Below, piece by piece: positions 47,101 through 60,700 of a stretch of DNA of 64,000 nucleotides (position 1 is its first letter; every line of letters begins with the position of its first letter). The DNA is taken from positions 36,586,401 through 36,650,400 of the forward strand of contig CM120641.1 of the NCBI GenBank assembly GCA_051362555.1, in the 5' to 3' direction. A program made the position numbers and the translations under genes. The notes under the pieces were generated by a model. The model saw only the letters and a list, made by a program, of their open reading frames with translations, did no database searches and was not told the origin of the DNA. This stretch comes from Lingula anatina. Its lineage: Eukaryota > Animalia > Brachiopoda.

Positions 47101-50100
47101 CAGAAGAAGTTCTTTCATAAAAACAGAGGCAATTTGTCTAGGGTAAGGTTTAAATTGATAAAGCACCAAATATTCTTCTGTATTTTTTATGAAGGAATTT
47201 ACCCATCTGTGAAGTGTGCTGAATTGTGGAACAAAGAATGGGATATATAAAGATTAAATTTTTCTGCAAACAAGAATTATTTGGTAAAAATATTAATGTG
47301 TTTTTATTTATGAGACAACATTTTTGTAGAAATTATTCACTCTTTTTACTGTCTCTTAAACCTATTTTCCTAAAACTTATTTGGTATGATAAAGAGCTCA
47401 GGATAAGTTTTTAATATTATAAATCCAGTAAAAAGGTATTATAGAGATTTTGAGGAAATGATTTTTTCATTTTGCCTTTCTTTTCTTTTAGTTAATCTCA
47501 TCAGTAGTGAATCGAGACTGGACTCATATAGTGGAGACTTGTGAACTTAATAACTGGAAAGAAGCTTTAGCAGTGATATTAACTTATGCTAAACAGGATG
47601 AACTCCCTCTTCTTTGTGGTAAGTTAAATTTAAGTTTGTGGGATTTATAGTCATTTTCCTACTTGGCAAGTCAGGCTTTTAAACTCAATTTTAAATGTTA
47701 TTATATTATTAATGCATATTTTCTTCCATTTAATTCCGCCATCTGAAAACTATTTTTAGGTTTCTAATATGAGGAGATTTTTTATTTATTGTTTATATTG
47801 CATATTGCAGTTTTTTTAATTATAAAAATGTAATTTTTAGTCCACAGTTTTAAACTAATATATTTTCATTGCTGATTGTCAATGTTTTACTGTATTTCAG
47901 ATACTCTTGGTATTAGACTAGAAAATGAGCAGCATGGGAAGTTGTCTGCCTATGCCATCTTATGTTACATATGTTCTGGCAATATAGACTATCTAGTAGA
48001 ATGCTGGGTCAAACAGACACAAAACTCCAATTCCCCGCAGGGACTTCAGGTAAGAATATATTAACCTTTCATTTTTGAAATACAGCTATGTCTGTGAAAG
48101 TGTATTTATTTGTCATTTCTTTATAACTTCTTTAAAATGAAACATTTCTGGACTAGATAAGACTTTTCAATAACCACAGAGACTTTTGCTTCTGATGATG
48201 TATGCACCTTCAGGTTTAATCACTGCTTGTAGTTGATCAAGAATGATTTTGAAAGGCTGAATAAAAATATAAACTGGATTATTATCTTTGAAATTGTCGA
48301 ATGTATATAAAAAGATATTCAGATAGTTTATTCGACACTGAGATGAAATTGTGATTGATGAAACTTGTTGTTACAGGACCTTGTTGAAAAAGTGATGGTA
48401 TTGAGGAAAGCTGTAGAAAACATCCAAGGTCAACCTCCAGAGGTCCGCAGTGGGGTTCTAACAGAGAAATTAAGCCTTTATGCAGAGATTCTAGCAGCCC
48501 AGGGCAGTTTTGCTACTGCTTTAGGCTACTTAGGAAATTCAAACGAGGTAATGTTTTGGCATTAGTCATGCAGGGTTTATTTTTCTTTGAGATAATAAAA
48601 AATTTAAATGATAATGTTCGGAAGATTTCATGTTTCAAAGATTTTGAGATGATGATTGAAGATTGTCACTGACATAACATTGCTAAATAAACAGATGTAC
48701 TACTCTTCAAATTAAGTTAGTAGACATAAAAAACCTAAGTTCCTGAACATTCTTGGAATTTAAACAAACTATTTTTTGACCTTAACAATGAGTTTCTAAT
48801 ATATATTTTTTGTTTAGATTCCCCACCTGATCTTACGGGACAGACTGTACAGGGCCCTAGGTCAGGCTATCCCAGGCATGGCACAGCCACCTTTTCCATT
48901 CAAGAAGATTGAAGTCCATCCTCCCAGGTCTCGGCCTGTTCAACAGCCACAACAGCCACAGCAGCCAAGCATGGGTCAACAGGTATTGTGGGAAATAGAA
49001 TTTTTGCCTTTTGTTTTTTTAATAATTATATGGCAAGGAATAATCTAAATTTTTCATTTTGCTATGAATTGCCAAGAAAAAAGTACCTGGGGTAGAAAAA
49101 CAAAAAAAATTTTCTTTTTTGATATAATGCATGTATTCTGAACCTTATTATTTTGCCATCCAGGCTACAGCCAGAGGCATGTTCCAGACAGTGACCACTC
49201 CCAGCACAGGTTATTACAATGACTATGGATCAGGGCAGACCCAGTACTCCAGGGGGATGAATGGACCCTTACCCACCCAGCCCACCTATAGTGAACCGTA
49301 CACAGTGTCCCAGGCACCTCCCCTCACACCCCCTACCACAGGGGTACAGCCAGGAACCAGAGGTGAGATTATGTTTTTTTTCCCCAAAAAAATAACATGT
49401 TTAAGGATAATTGTATTATTAGTTTGGGTGTTGATAAGGAATGATAGTAAAGGTTTTACTGAGACTGTGCAACTTAAAGAGAAATGTGTATGTCTGATCA
49501 TAATGCTGAATAAAACTGCAAATATTTTGATTTTTTTTTAAGGAAAAATAATTTAATCAGAGTGATGTAACAGAAGTTTTTAAAAAATCTGCTATTTCTC
49601 CTTTTATTATGATTTTCATCCATAGCTTGTTTATATTGAGACATATTCAACTTATTTATTACTGGTGTCCTATTGTCTGGTTAGCAGGTCCTCTGTCTCA
49701 GAGGTATCCAACCCAGCAGCCCTATGTGGAACCCACGGCACCAACTTATATGCAGCCAGAACCAAATCCTGGCCACATGGCATATGGGCAACCAGCATAT
49801 AATTATGGGTATGTACTTTTAATAAATAGGTTAGCCAAATCTCAGATATTCCACTAAGTTTGCATTTTGAGACTGTTAATAAATCCCTTGAGCTTAAATA
49901 TTTCAGCAAGGAAGGTCATTTTGTACAAGTGTTGCATTTTTATGTGCTTTCACATTGTTTCTGTGTTAATTAAGATTGGTTTAAAGTTATTTTAAAATTT
50001 CTTGTTCATAAATGTATTTCAAATTTGATATATAGACATGTACACTAAATATTTTTCCAAATTCCCAGTGGCTTCCCAGGAGAACAACCATCAAGCACAT

Positions 50101-51930
50101 ACCAGCCACCACCTCCAGGTAAAAATTTATTGTGAAAATATCTTAAGTTTATGTTAGAAAACGTTTTCAGAACATGGAAATCTCTAACCATCAACAATTG
50201 TTCTTGGTGTATGAGTTACATCATCCAATACACAGTTGTTATAACAGAAATGAATGAACAAATATTTACCTCCTATTTTGAATGATATAGCCAGAAAAGA
50301 ACAAAATAGTATCACACTATATTTTAAATCATTTTTTTTTCTGGTAGCTGTCCAAGTTCCACATCTACCATCTTACCAAGAAATGCGGCCAGAATCTGGT
50401 TGGAATGATCCTCCTGTATTAAGTGGCAAGGTAAGGCTCCACAGCTTCTAGATTTTTTTTCCAAACAGTGGGGTAAATTTAGGATACCTTTTAAACAAAA
50501 ATCCAAATTGTATCAATATCCACATGTGAAATTAAGTTTAGGGTGTCTTTTCATACAAAAATCCCCAATTTATCGACTACCATATATACAAAGTAGAAGA
50601 CAATGATATTCATTATAATTCAATGATATCCCATTATAACTAATACTGCATTATCGTCCAGTCTGGTAGAAAAAAGAGTGGTGACCAGGCCTCTGCCCCA
50701 GCCCCAATCCCCAGTAATCTGTACAACCCAGCAGAGCACGCGGCCAAGCAGCCGGAGCAGGCCCCGCCAACCGGACAGTTCCCTGCAGGAGGGTTTTATA
50801 ACCCACAGGACCACCAACCACCTCCTCAACCACCACAGGTAAGACTTCATAGGGAAAAATGTTGTGGAATGGCCACAGTATAAAGCATCTGTTCAATGTT
50901 CACTCGTTTGTCAGCTATATTAAAGTTGTATTTGTTATAGTTGTATTATAGCTTGATTTGGTATTTTTATGTGGTGCAGAATATTGTTGAGATGGTTGAA
51001 AACTTTACGGGTCCTGACTGATATTTTGTATTTTTCTTACCAGCAAACTATGGCTGCCCCTGCTCCTACACCCTCCCAGCCAATAGAGAAGGGTCCAATA
51101 CCTGCTGAGCATCAGGTTTTACAAGATATTTTTAATGACCTCAATAATAGATGCTTAAACAGAGCTACAAATCCAGTAAGTTGTCATTATATATACAAAT
51201 TAAACAGAGAATAGATTTTCATTTGGTTTGACAGAATTTCCAGTGATATTTTCTTGTGAGAAAATCAGTTTTTCTTGATCTCACTGTTTTAGTACTTTTC
51301 TGCTAGATTGCCAATATTTTATTGAATAAAATGAATAATAATAGTCACCTAGATTTGCTGACCATCTGTGAGCACCATTTCTCTGGGAATAAAAATATTG
51401 CCTTGTAAGACCTTATCTTGTAAAACATTTAGTTGATCTTTATTTATTTTACAGCAAATGAAAAGAAAACTTGAAGATGTGCAAAGGAAGCTGGAAGCAC
51501 TCTATGATAAGTTAAGAGCTAATGCAGTAAGTGTTAATAAGTAATATATAAATTAGATTTTTCCCATTGAAATGTTTAAGGTCCTCATTAGAAAATGGCA
51601 CTTAAATCAAGGAATGTATCACATTTCAACTTTTTGTAAATTTTAGATCAAATTTAATTTAGATTATGTTAATCTTACAAGCGGACATATTTTCAAATGT
51701 TTTAATTACTTTCTTGTAATGATATTTTCTCTTGCTTTCAGTTATCAGATCACATAATACTGGGTCTCCACCAAATGATTCAGGCTATTCAACAGTTTGA
51801 CTACCCATCTGGCCTGGCTATACATACTAGGGTGGTCAGTGAGTCCAACTTCTCTGAAATCAGTGCTTTCATGCCAGGAATCAAGGTGCTGTTCCAGACT
51901 GCACAACACTTGCAAGTGTATTTACAGTAG
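39704..51930 (+). CDS. SEC31A: COPII coat protein Sec31; 27 coding exons: 39704-39816, 40526-40615, 42023-42218, 42388-42483, 42730-42867, 43162-43304, 43514-43625, 43918-44070, 44347-44469, 44657-44890, 45157-45231, 45468-45563, 46199-46255, 46623-46725, 46964-47142, 47492-47618, 47901-48049, 48377-48547, 48818-48982, 49164-49362, 49688-49808, 50069-50118, 50348-50430, 50662-50838, 51044-51175, 51455-51526, 51742-51930
   Basis: [16 protein letters not shown]...[17 protein letters not shown]40 repeats ([26 protein letters not shown]), [22 protein letters not shown]1 region, Pro-rich region with GWNDPP, and C-terminal [14 protein letters not shown]. Confidence 0.97.
40310..40473. repeat. Diverged ~81-bp tandem duplication
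   Basis: CTC.TATAGCAGAAATA....GTCATGA...TACACA.AGCATGA.TGAGTT.TAAGGTTT occurs twice in tandem. Confidence 0.8.
40634..41580 (-). mobile_element. ISL2EU-like (PIF/Harbinger-related) deletion-derivative DNA transposon with AT TSD
   Basis: AT|AGAGTCTTTTCCACG ... CGTGGAAAAGACTCT|AT. Subterminal inverted CAGGGGGAAAG / CTTTCCCCCTG. Minus-strand remnant [30 protein letters not shown] resembles, from recollection, the ISL2EU YqaJ-type second ORF. Confidence 0.72.
40723..41292. mobile_element. Fold-back (long inverted-repeat) element nested in the ISL2EU-like element
   Basis: CGGTACTTTTGTAGTATACCCCCC..CCCTGTAACTT...CTATGTCAAAGCTGTTGAAATA...GTAATTACCTGTGG...TTCGTTGGCTAAC is mirrored by GTTAGCCAACGAA...CCACAGGTAATTAC...TATTTCAACAGCTTTGACATAG...AAGTTACAGGG..GGGGGTATACTACAAAAGTACCG. 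Confidence 0.85.
42925..43120. repeat. Degenerate minisatellite (about 30-40-bp units)
   Basis: Recurrent GAAAAG.TGCA.TATCTGTA motifs, about 6 copies. Confidence 0.55.
44077..44198. repeat. (TTTA)n microsatellite
   Basis: About 120 bp of near-perfect TTTA, starting 6 nt after a SEC31 donor site. Confidence 0.97.
45316..45435. mobile_element. Degenerate partial MITE family A copy
   Basis: AGTAGGCG..CAGATATCTAAGCCA...CTGAAAGCAATTTAGCGAGA...GATAGATTGATCTA resembles the right half of 590-803 and 8713-8918. Confidence 0.55.
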
Positions 51931-53639
51931 AGACTCAAGGAGCATGGCTCGGCATAGATGTATTGTGCAGGTTAAGATTGCAAGTCTCACAGCCAGATTT
52001 GGGGTTTTTACCATCCCTAAAGGATTATGTGGATGTTTAGAAAAAAAGTTAGAAAAAAGTCACAATTTACCAGAACTGATCGGTTTAAACTTTGAAAGCA
52101 GTGAGAAGATTCATGGAATTCCTCATTACCTTGTGAAATATTAACCATATTTATACTTTTAGCCAATTCTGCACTGCAGGTATAGTATAGTGTAGTGGAA
52201 CTGACTTTTGAATACATTTGTATTGTAGTTTCCAAATGCTGTTGTCATGAATGTGCTAAGGAGAGTGAATAAAAGCTAATATGCATTTCAAGCATAGCTA
52301 GCATGCATTTTCCTTTCTGGTTTTAAACAGTTCAGCTTTGTTATAAAAGTATGTTTCTAACATTTCGTTATTTAAGTGTTTAATGAGGAGAAAAGACAAA
52401 ATTCATCTATAAATTATATATATTCAAATCGCTTGTAATTTATACATGCAGGATAAATAAGTTCTTAGTACTGATGTAATCTGTCACTCTAAGTATTACA
52501 TTATTATGTATATTCCTACATTTAAAGAAATGTAAAAAAATTGTAAGTTTGATGCAAAGTCTTTCGTCTCGACCTTATTCTCTTAAGATTAAGCCAGTTG
52601 AAATTCAGTAACCTCTCTAGATTTTTCAATGTTATTTCTCTTTTAGTATCTGTTAAGTTAACATGTTCAGCAGGCAAATTGTGATACATGGTCCACATGC
52701 ATTTTTGAATAAGCACCAATGTATCCAGTTTTTATGCTCAATTGTTCAAATGGAAGAATAAATGTTTGAAATATCTAATTTTTAGTCAGGAAAATAGAAC
52801 AATAAAATATAAGAGATGGACATTAAGATCCAAGTACCCTGTCTGTAAGTTTTTCAATCCTTTAAAAAGAACTTTCTGTTGAAAGAATTTCAAATGTGCC
52901 AAGTAATTTTTTATTCATTCAGTATGAAGATGTATTTGCCTAGAGATGTATTCTGCAGTGAACAAGCAATGGGCATAAGTGAAACAGTGAAAAATATTTT
53001 CATTTACATGAGTAAAGTAATTTGATTTCATTAGTTTTGGTAAAATATCCCTTTTGTATTTGAAAGTCTGCTCCTTGAACTGATTTCTCTGAAAGCAATT
53101 GCATGGAAAAAAGGATATTTTAAAGAGTTTTGAATTAGTATTGTAGCGTAGGCTGCTCATTCCTATTGTAGAATCAGATTTCAAGGTGTAACTACTACTT
53201 GTACTACAAGATAGCATATATACCAAGATCAGATATTTTGAGGAAGTGAAACTGAAATAAATGGAAATAAAACAATTAAGTTTGTTTTTGTGTATTTTAG
53301 ACAATTGTCAATTTTAAGAAATTTGAAACCTCAACCCATGGTTTTCTTGAATGTTTATATTGTAAACAGTTTTATGTATTACAGTTGAAAGGGTAAACTT
53401 CTACATTGAGAGAAGAGTTTCATTAGCTCTGTATGTATCAATTTAAATTATTGTTTTTCTTTTTATCAAGAGCTTATAAAATATGTAGGTTTTTTAAAAA
53501 GAAAAACAATAATTTAAACTTCTACATGTTTTCTATAGACTAAGTTAATTTTTTGCTTTACGTCCCAATTATATGTACCTATTTCCAATATTTTTATTTA
53601 TTATTATTTTTTTCGAAATATTTTCATTTGCTTCACATC

Positions 53640-54330
53640 ACGTTCAAAGCATGGGATCCATATTTTAAGATGGACACACTAAGAAGAGAAGTTTATATGA
53701 GTCGTTAGAGGGAGCCACTAGCTGACAGGTGCTCGTTTGCCTAAGTGCGGTTGTCGTAATAAACAAATATTATTTTTCTTATTATGACATTAGATTCAAA
53801 CCACGGAAACGCCCGAGAAAATATCAGATACGTTAAAAACTAGCATATTTAGATCAAAAATCCATAAGAATTCAATTTGTTGTTTTTTACTTCTGAGTCG
53901 GTACGACCGATTTGTGTACACAGCTTACATGTAGCCAGGGGAACAGTTGACCTAATTTCACCTGGAACACATGAATGGGGTAAGTAGACGCTTATTTTTC
54001 GGCAAAATTTGAGGGATTTATGACTCCAAAGTGACGGATTTAGGAGTTTATATAGAACCTGGTAAAAATTAATCTAAAGCATGATATCTGTAACGTGTTC
54101 ATTTACTTTTTTCTCTGAAGTTTAGTGGCTGCGAAGTGTGGCCAAGTTCTACCGAAGTGTCGGTAATGACATGTCGGGCTCGACAGAAATGCATTTGCGC
54201 TATGACAGTTCGTATTTATAAACCTTTGGTCTAACTGGTCGAGCTACGAAATACGGAAGTTAACTGAATTGCCACAAGAATATTTTGGATCCAGTTATTA
54301 CTTTGTTTTAGCCTATCGAACTAAATGTCA
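53640..54330 (+). promoter_or_regulatory. Putative promoter / non-coding first exon of the FBXW10-like gene
   Basis: CpG-enriched patch upstream of the first coding exon, with a strong donor G|GTAAGT at 53980. Confidence 0.4.
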
Positions 54331-54785
54331 AAGTAGTTCAACTTTTAAATCTTCAGTTAAATTCGTACTTTGCTGACATATATTTCATTATCGCTTTATT
54401 CTTATAATTAATATTAGGTATTACTCAGTAATTTAAATTAATATTATTGTGAAGGTGAACGTTTTCGAAATGTAATTCAGTGGTCTGGTGGCTTGATTTT
54501 TCTTAGAATCAATACAGCTACAGTGTGCAATGTAGCAAAATTGTGACGTGCTAATTGTAAATCAATTTAATATTAGTATGCAGGGAGATTGATTTTTTTA
54601 CCTTTAATATCCTAAGTCTCCTTTCAGTTATCAAAAATGGCTTTTCATGTAGTTTCCTATTTTTAGGACAATGATGCAGTAACTTAAGTTACCAGAACCA
54701 GCAATGAGGAGGTGCATCTTTTCTCTTAAAGATTGTTCAATGATGTAAATGACATTGGAGCAGTTACAACTCCAAGGGTAAAACC

Positions 54786-57700
54786 ATGCTGGCTGATAAT
54801 AGGAGAATTGAAGAAATCCCCAAAATGAAGCACCCAAATCAAAACTCTGAGCATTTCACATTTAATCTTGGCAAAGCTCATGAGCTGAGATGTATCTATA
54901 ATCAAAAAGCAACGATTTGTGGAAAATGTGAATCATGTCAAATTATTGCCAGAACTAACAGCACGAAGCAATGGTTTCTCAAGGCAGGAGACAACACACA
55001 AAAAAGGTTTCTGCTTGGCTTAGTCAGACGAGCCCACAGTGTGGATTTACTACAGCAAGTTGTCAATTTACTCCATCCTTTGTTAAATTCCAAGGATTTT
55101 ACCTACGCAAGAAATCGTGTGAACCCTAGTCTTTCAACAGATCGGACAACAGTGAGTTCAGATAGAGCTCTGACATTGGCTCAGGTGGAGCAAGAAATAA
55201 GCTCCACTTGGTCATGGTACCAATCTGCAGCATATTGGACCAAATCAAATTTTTTGCTCAATTTATTACACTGCTGTGAAGCTCACTTGCTGCACATTGT
55301 AGGAACTCAAGCAAAGACCCTACTGGTGTCAGAGAGGTCAGCAAGCATACCTGCAGGTAATTTTTCTCCTTCTTTTAAACAGTCTCATTTATTTAAGAAA
55401 ATTGTTAGTAAATAATTGTCAAGTTAAAAGAAAAAATCTGGCAAAAAAAAAAAAAACAAAAAAAAAACAGTAGATTCAGGTATTACAGTGGCTCAGAATT
55501 ATTTGACCAAATAACTTTCTGAAATAAAAAGTGGAAGCCTCATTTTATTTTAAAGAAGGGGCATGAAGCTTTTTCAAAAAGTTCTTTAAAAAAAGCAAGC
55601 AATATAATTTGAAAATTTATGGCTGTTGAAAATAACTTTGATGGTCAACAGTTTTATTATAATTTCTCTTGTAATCTCAGGAAGTAAATTAATAAAATAT
55701 TTCTTAAATTAAGCAAAAATGTATTTTCATAAATATGATTTTTTAAAATTAATTTATGGAACAAACCAAAATTAAAACTTAAATTTATTGCAATCTCAAA
55801 CGCTCAATCATTATAATGATGAGAAGTTAAACCAAATAATTCATGTTAAGATAAACAGAGTAGTTGACTGGCAAGACAAGGTTAACAAATTTTAACCTGA
55901 ATGCTGCCAGCCATTTCCATTGAATCTCAAGTGCTTAATTTCTCCCCTGAGTAAACACACAGACTTATCACCATAGCTGCACTGGTTTTAAGTGCTTGGG
56001 TTAGATGAAGTCTGAAGAGATTATGTCAGCATAGAAGTTCACTTTTAGTCAGGTATATAAAGAAAGCTGGTATATAAGAACTTTGACAGGCACTTTTACT
56101 GGGGCTAATGGACCAATGCATTTAAGAATATTGCGGCTGCTGACAAGCTGTTAGAACATTACTGAATAAATTGATTATCTTTTCCTCTAACATTTGTTTT
56201 AAGATGTATTAATGATTAGTGACTAATGTTTGGAAATGATTTAACTAGCAGAGGATAGGAAATAAAAAGTAAAAAAAAAAAGTATAATATGAAAATATTG
56301 AAAACCTGTCGCCAAACCGAGATACAAATAGGACTCTAAAGCTCACATTTCAATAATTAGTTTCCCTGTTATGCAGTGTTTATCATCAATATTTATTGAA
56401 AACTGAACTGTACCAGTAAACCAACTACAACGGAATATATCAGATAATAATTACTTTGGCGTCAAATATTTAACTGTGTCAGTAACACTGGTGTCAAAGC
56501 ATTAAGATTAAACCTTAATGGCATTAGATTATCCTTTTATTTCACACTAGAAAATATCAAGAATATCAAAATGTTCATCATGATATTATTGATTTTCAAC
56601 AGATGTGATGTATTGATCAGCAACCTATATCTACTATGCAGCAGCATACATTTCACAATTGAAAATAAATAAATTGTTTAAAAGCAACTGCTTGTCATGG
56701 AGTGGCTGTCTTATTTAAGTGGCTTTTGAAAGCTGTTAGTGGTATTGAACATTAAGTCCCATGTAAAGAAAAAGCTCTTCAACAGCTGGTATAAGTAGAT
56801 ATTTTGCCCTGTTATAATTTAGGTAAATAATTCAGATATTATTGCCCGATGGGGAACAAACACTCCAGTTTAGATGGTTAAAGAAAATAAAGTTGTGGAT
56901 ATGCTGTAAAACACCTACCTGACCAGAGTGGAAAGGAACTATAAAACAAACTGTATCAGTTATTAATGTCTTCACAAAGTGTTTTATGACAGTACTGTGA
57001 TTATCAGACCTGTTAATCAGGTAAAAAAACTTCAAAATCTTTATAAAGTGCCAAAGGCCAAAGAGTATTAAAATGGATAATGATCAGAATGTTTCCTAAG
57101 ATGAATGGATAAAATTTTCTATTAAAACCAGCAGCTAGTGACCTGTAAAACTTTTACTAACAGAGACACATGATATCTATTTGTTCACTTTTTCATCTTT
57201 TATTTATTTTCCAGATGACTATTTTGAGGCGGCCTCCATAGCCTCCACAGAGTACACATTTAACACGGAGGATCACCCTGAGGTGGAGCTCCTCTCTAAA
57301 GCCAGTCCTGGCTACACCACACCCGCCAGCCTCTTCAGGGACGATCTCACAGAGGAAGAACTTGTCAACAGCGACAGAAGCGAAGATGAAGATGATAATT
57401 CTGAAATCAGTTCAATTGATCCCACATGCATGGTCATACCAACCTCTGCCAAGGCGCACTCAGGGGTGGCAAGATATAAGGATATTATTCGATGTATTCC
57501 TGTGCATTTGTCAAAGAATATTCTCAGTATGTTGGACCAGACGTCCCTGTATAATGCTCTCCTGGTTAGCAAGCATTGGAGAGCTCTGTGTGAGGAGGTC
57601 CACAGTGAACATGCAGTTAATCAACAGCTACATGAGGAGGTTATGTTAATGCAGGTGAGCAGAAAAAAAATTTTTTTTTTTTTTTGAAATAGTTCAATGT

Positions 57701-60700
57701 CTTCAAACATGGTTTTACTAACAAATGCTTTTTTAGATAAATTAGATCTTGAGTATCATTTTACATAATTTCTTCCATTGTCCGAAATGTTTTTGTATTG
57801 GGATATACAGATTCCATGAATTAAGCATCACTTTTAAGAATTTTCAAAATTATGCAAATTTGTTGGCCGTATTACCCCATTTGACTTTGTATAAAATCCT
57901 CAATTTTCACAGAACATAAATGCAAGTTACTAACTTACTTAACTGACAGCTGACCACATCCTGCCAATTTTAGAATGTTTTAGACATTGGTGTTGGCATA
58001 AATCAATATAATACCTATTGATACTTAGAGCTGACAGAAACCTGCAATGGTTTCCTTGCTCACCACAGAAGTAATTCTACCACTGTTTCAACTCTGTCTG
58101 AGGATAATCATGTTTTATTGATCTTCCACAGTAGCAAATACATGTATTTGCACTCAATTTTTCATTGCAGTGAATTGAATTCTTTCTCAATGCATTACCT
58201 ATATTGAAAATCTGAATCCTTCATCAAATTTATCAACATTGGTATTGTCACAGTTATAAGGAGGGAGAATGTTATATATTAGAATTTTGAAAAATAATAC
58301 GCTTGACCAAAAAATTTGGAAACATGAAATTGTTTTACAGTAATTAAAAAAAATGTAATTTAGTCGGAAAATCTTCAGCATATATAAAAAAAAGTAATCA
58401 GTGGTGGGTGCATTATCCATCAATATTTGATTAAAATATTTACCATAGCTCAATTAAGTATTTCATAATAATTCAAAATAATGATGTTTTCTAACTTTTT
58501 GTTGGAGTGTATATATGATGGAGATTAAATATGTAAGTTGCTCTAGTCTTAATTCTAAAACATTGAAAAAATTTATTTTAAAATTTCACAAAACCATTTT
58601 CAGTTTGTGTTTAGAGTAAAATAAATTCTGCAGATGTGTATTTATTCTACCCTATGTTATATTTAATTATAGGGCGGTATCTATCTATCAATTATATTAT
58701 GAATTAAAGCAAACACATTTGATAAGATATTTCAAATTTATCAAGATTTTGTATGGATAAGAGATTACTTGGTGCGTTATGAAAGGTGTTATGGAAGTAA
58801 CCAGGTTAGATAAGGGACGTAGTGTCAGATAATTGTGATATGTGGAGAAGTTGCAAACTAATAAATTGGATAGTGTGTGAAACTACCCCCAAATGATACC
58901 CCTGGCGTCTTTTGAACCAGCATATATTGGAGTAATAGATAATTGCCTTGCAGCCAACAGTCCAACTCCTTAAATTATTTTCAAGATATATTCTGTTGTT
59001 TCAAGAGTCAGTGGCACCTCTTTTATTCAGTAAAGTCACAGACTTTTTTTTTCAATATTCAAAAAGTGCAGAGTAAAGAGATATGATCTCTAAAAAGATA
59101 AAAGATTGAATTAAAAGGATGCATAAACCATAAGTTTCAGTTAATTAATTTTTAAATGCACCCATTTCTTGCTTGCTGTTTAGTGTAATGGAGGAAATCG
59201 AGTGGAGATTAAATCTATTCCCACCTGCAATGAAATAATGGCTTTGGCTTAGTTTTCAACACCAGCTCAAACGCGTGCCAAGAAAAATAGAAAAACAGAT
59301 CCATTCAGAAAGTATTATTTACAAATCAAGATAATTTGTAAAGGTTGTGCACTGTTCATAACTTAAAGCAACATGCCTGATTGAACTTAAAATATTTGTA
59401 GGGCATTTGGTTTTGTTATCAGGTCAAAAGAAATGATATAATTTTACAAATTCTAAAATATTGTATTCTGAACAGCCTGTCAGCCTTTTTAAAGAAGGCT
59501 CAGTATTAAGTGTGTGTCCATTTAATTAAGTGATTAATCCCTTCATGTTTCATGTATGTACTGAGTCGGTTGTCAAAGTTTGTCAAAATACCAGCTTTTT
59601 AGTTGTATTTTATGAAGGCACGATTGGGTTTCACACTACAATTGCCAAATGTTATTTCTTACAACTTGCATTTCCATTGCCTAAGGCTACAATTGAAAAT
59701 TTAGATTGGATAAAGTGGTCACAAAATATAACTTAGGATAGTGTTAGTTTTAGTTATTTTACATTTTTTATTACACTTGATGATGAGAATAAAAATTTTA
59801 TTAACTCATATCACTGAAGTGATGATAGCATGGAAGAGGTACCTTATTAGATTTTTATTTTCATTTTGCACTTGTCACCGATTTTTATTTTTATTTTTAC
59901 TAAATTATGTAGATAAAATTGTCAGTACAACTTAGCAGTACTAGTATTAACAAATTGCAATATTGTTAGATCCTGGAAATTTGGTGTTTTAGGGTGGACC
60001 ATCACCTGGATATAATGCCACCTTTGCAAGAGATGTGGACATTCCTGTTCCAGTTGTTAATCCTAAGAACAACGAAGTTGTGAAAATATATGAAAAGGTC
60101 TTTTTAATTGATCTTGAGCATAACATTATTTTTTTCCTTTCAGTTTTAGAATTGGTGTGCTATTCATGTTATTTTTTATTTGAAATATTTATTTATGTAT
60201 GTTAAGTTTGTTTTGAGCATCATTTGGAAGAAGTGGTGGTTTTTATACTGAAATCAATTTGTAATTTTTTACGTTTTGTAACATGTGTGCTTGCAGAGGG
60301 TATATTTTATTGTTGACTTTCATTTTTCATTTTTCAGGAATATATTTATTGATTTCACACCTTTGTTTATCTGCTCAGCGCTGTGCTTGCTGATAGTGTA
60401 GCTTACCATTATTTATAAAATAATGTAAAAATACCCAAAATAGTGTCAACAATTTATTTATGATTTCAAAAAGGTCTGTCCTTGAATAGTTTTCGGATCT
60501 ATTTCCGTTTTATTTGGTCATCCACTATTTAACATTTAAACATATCATTTCATGTAACATATTTGCATTTTGTACCACTCTCAATCACATGAATGTGGTC
60601 AGTTCAAACCACATAATCTGAAAAAAAAAAAAAGACTATTGTCAATAGGAAAGTATAAAAACTCATATTTTCACATTTATTTTCACAGGGAGGGTCTGCC

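Noticed and set aside
51797-53304. ORFs 51797-52144 (+) and 52915-53304 (-)
   Set aside because: Off-frame overlap with the SEC31 last exon/3' UTR, or low-complexity AT-rich sequence; no motifs.
55483-55760. TACAGTGG start suggestive of a Tc1/mariner TIR
   Set aside because: No matching inverted end found.
56836-57020. AG...GT-bounded exon-like segment in FBXW10 intron 1
   Set aside because: Stops in all three frames and no recognisable homology.
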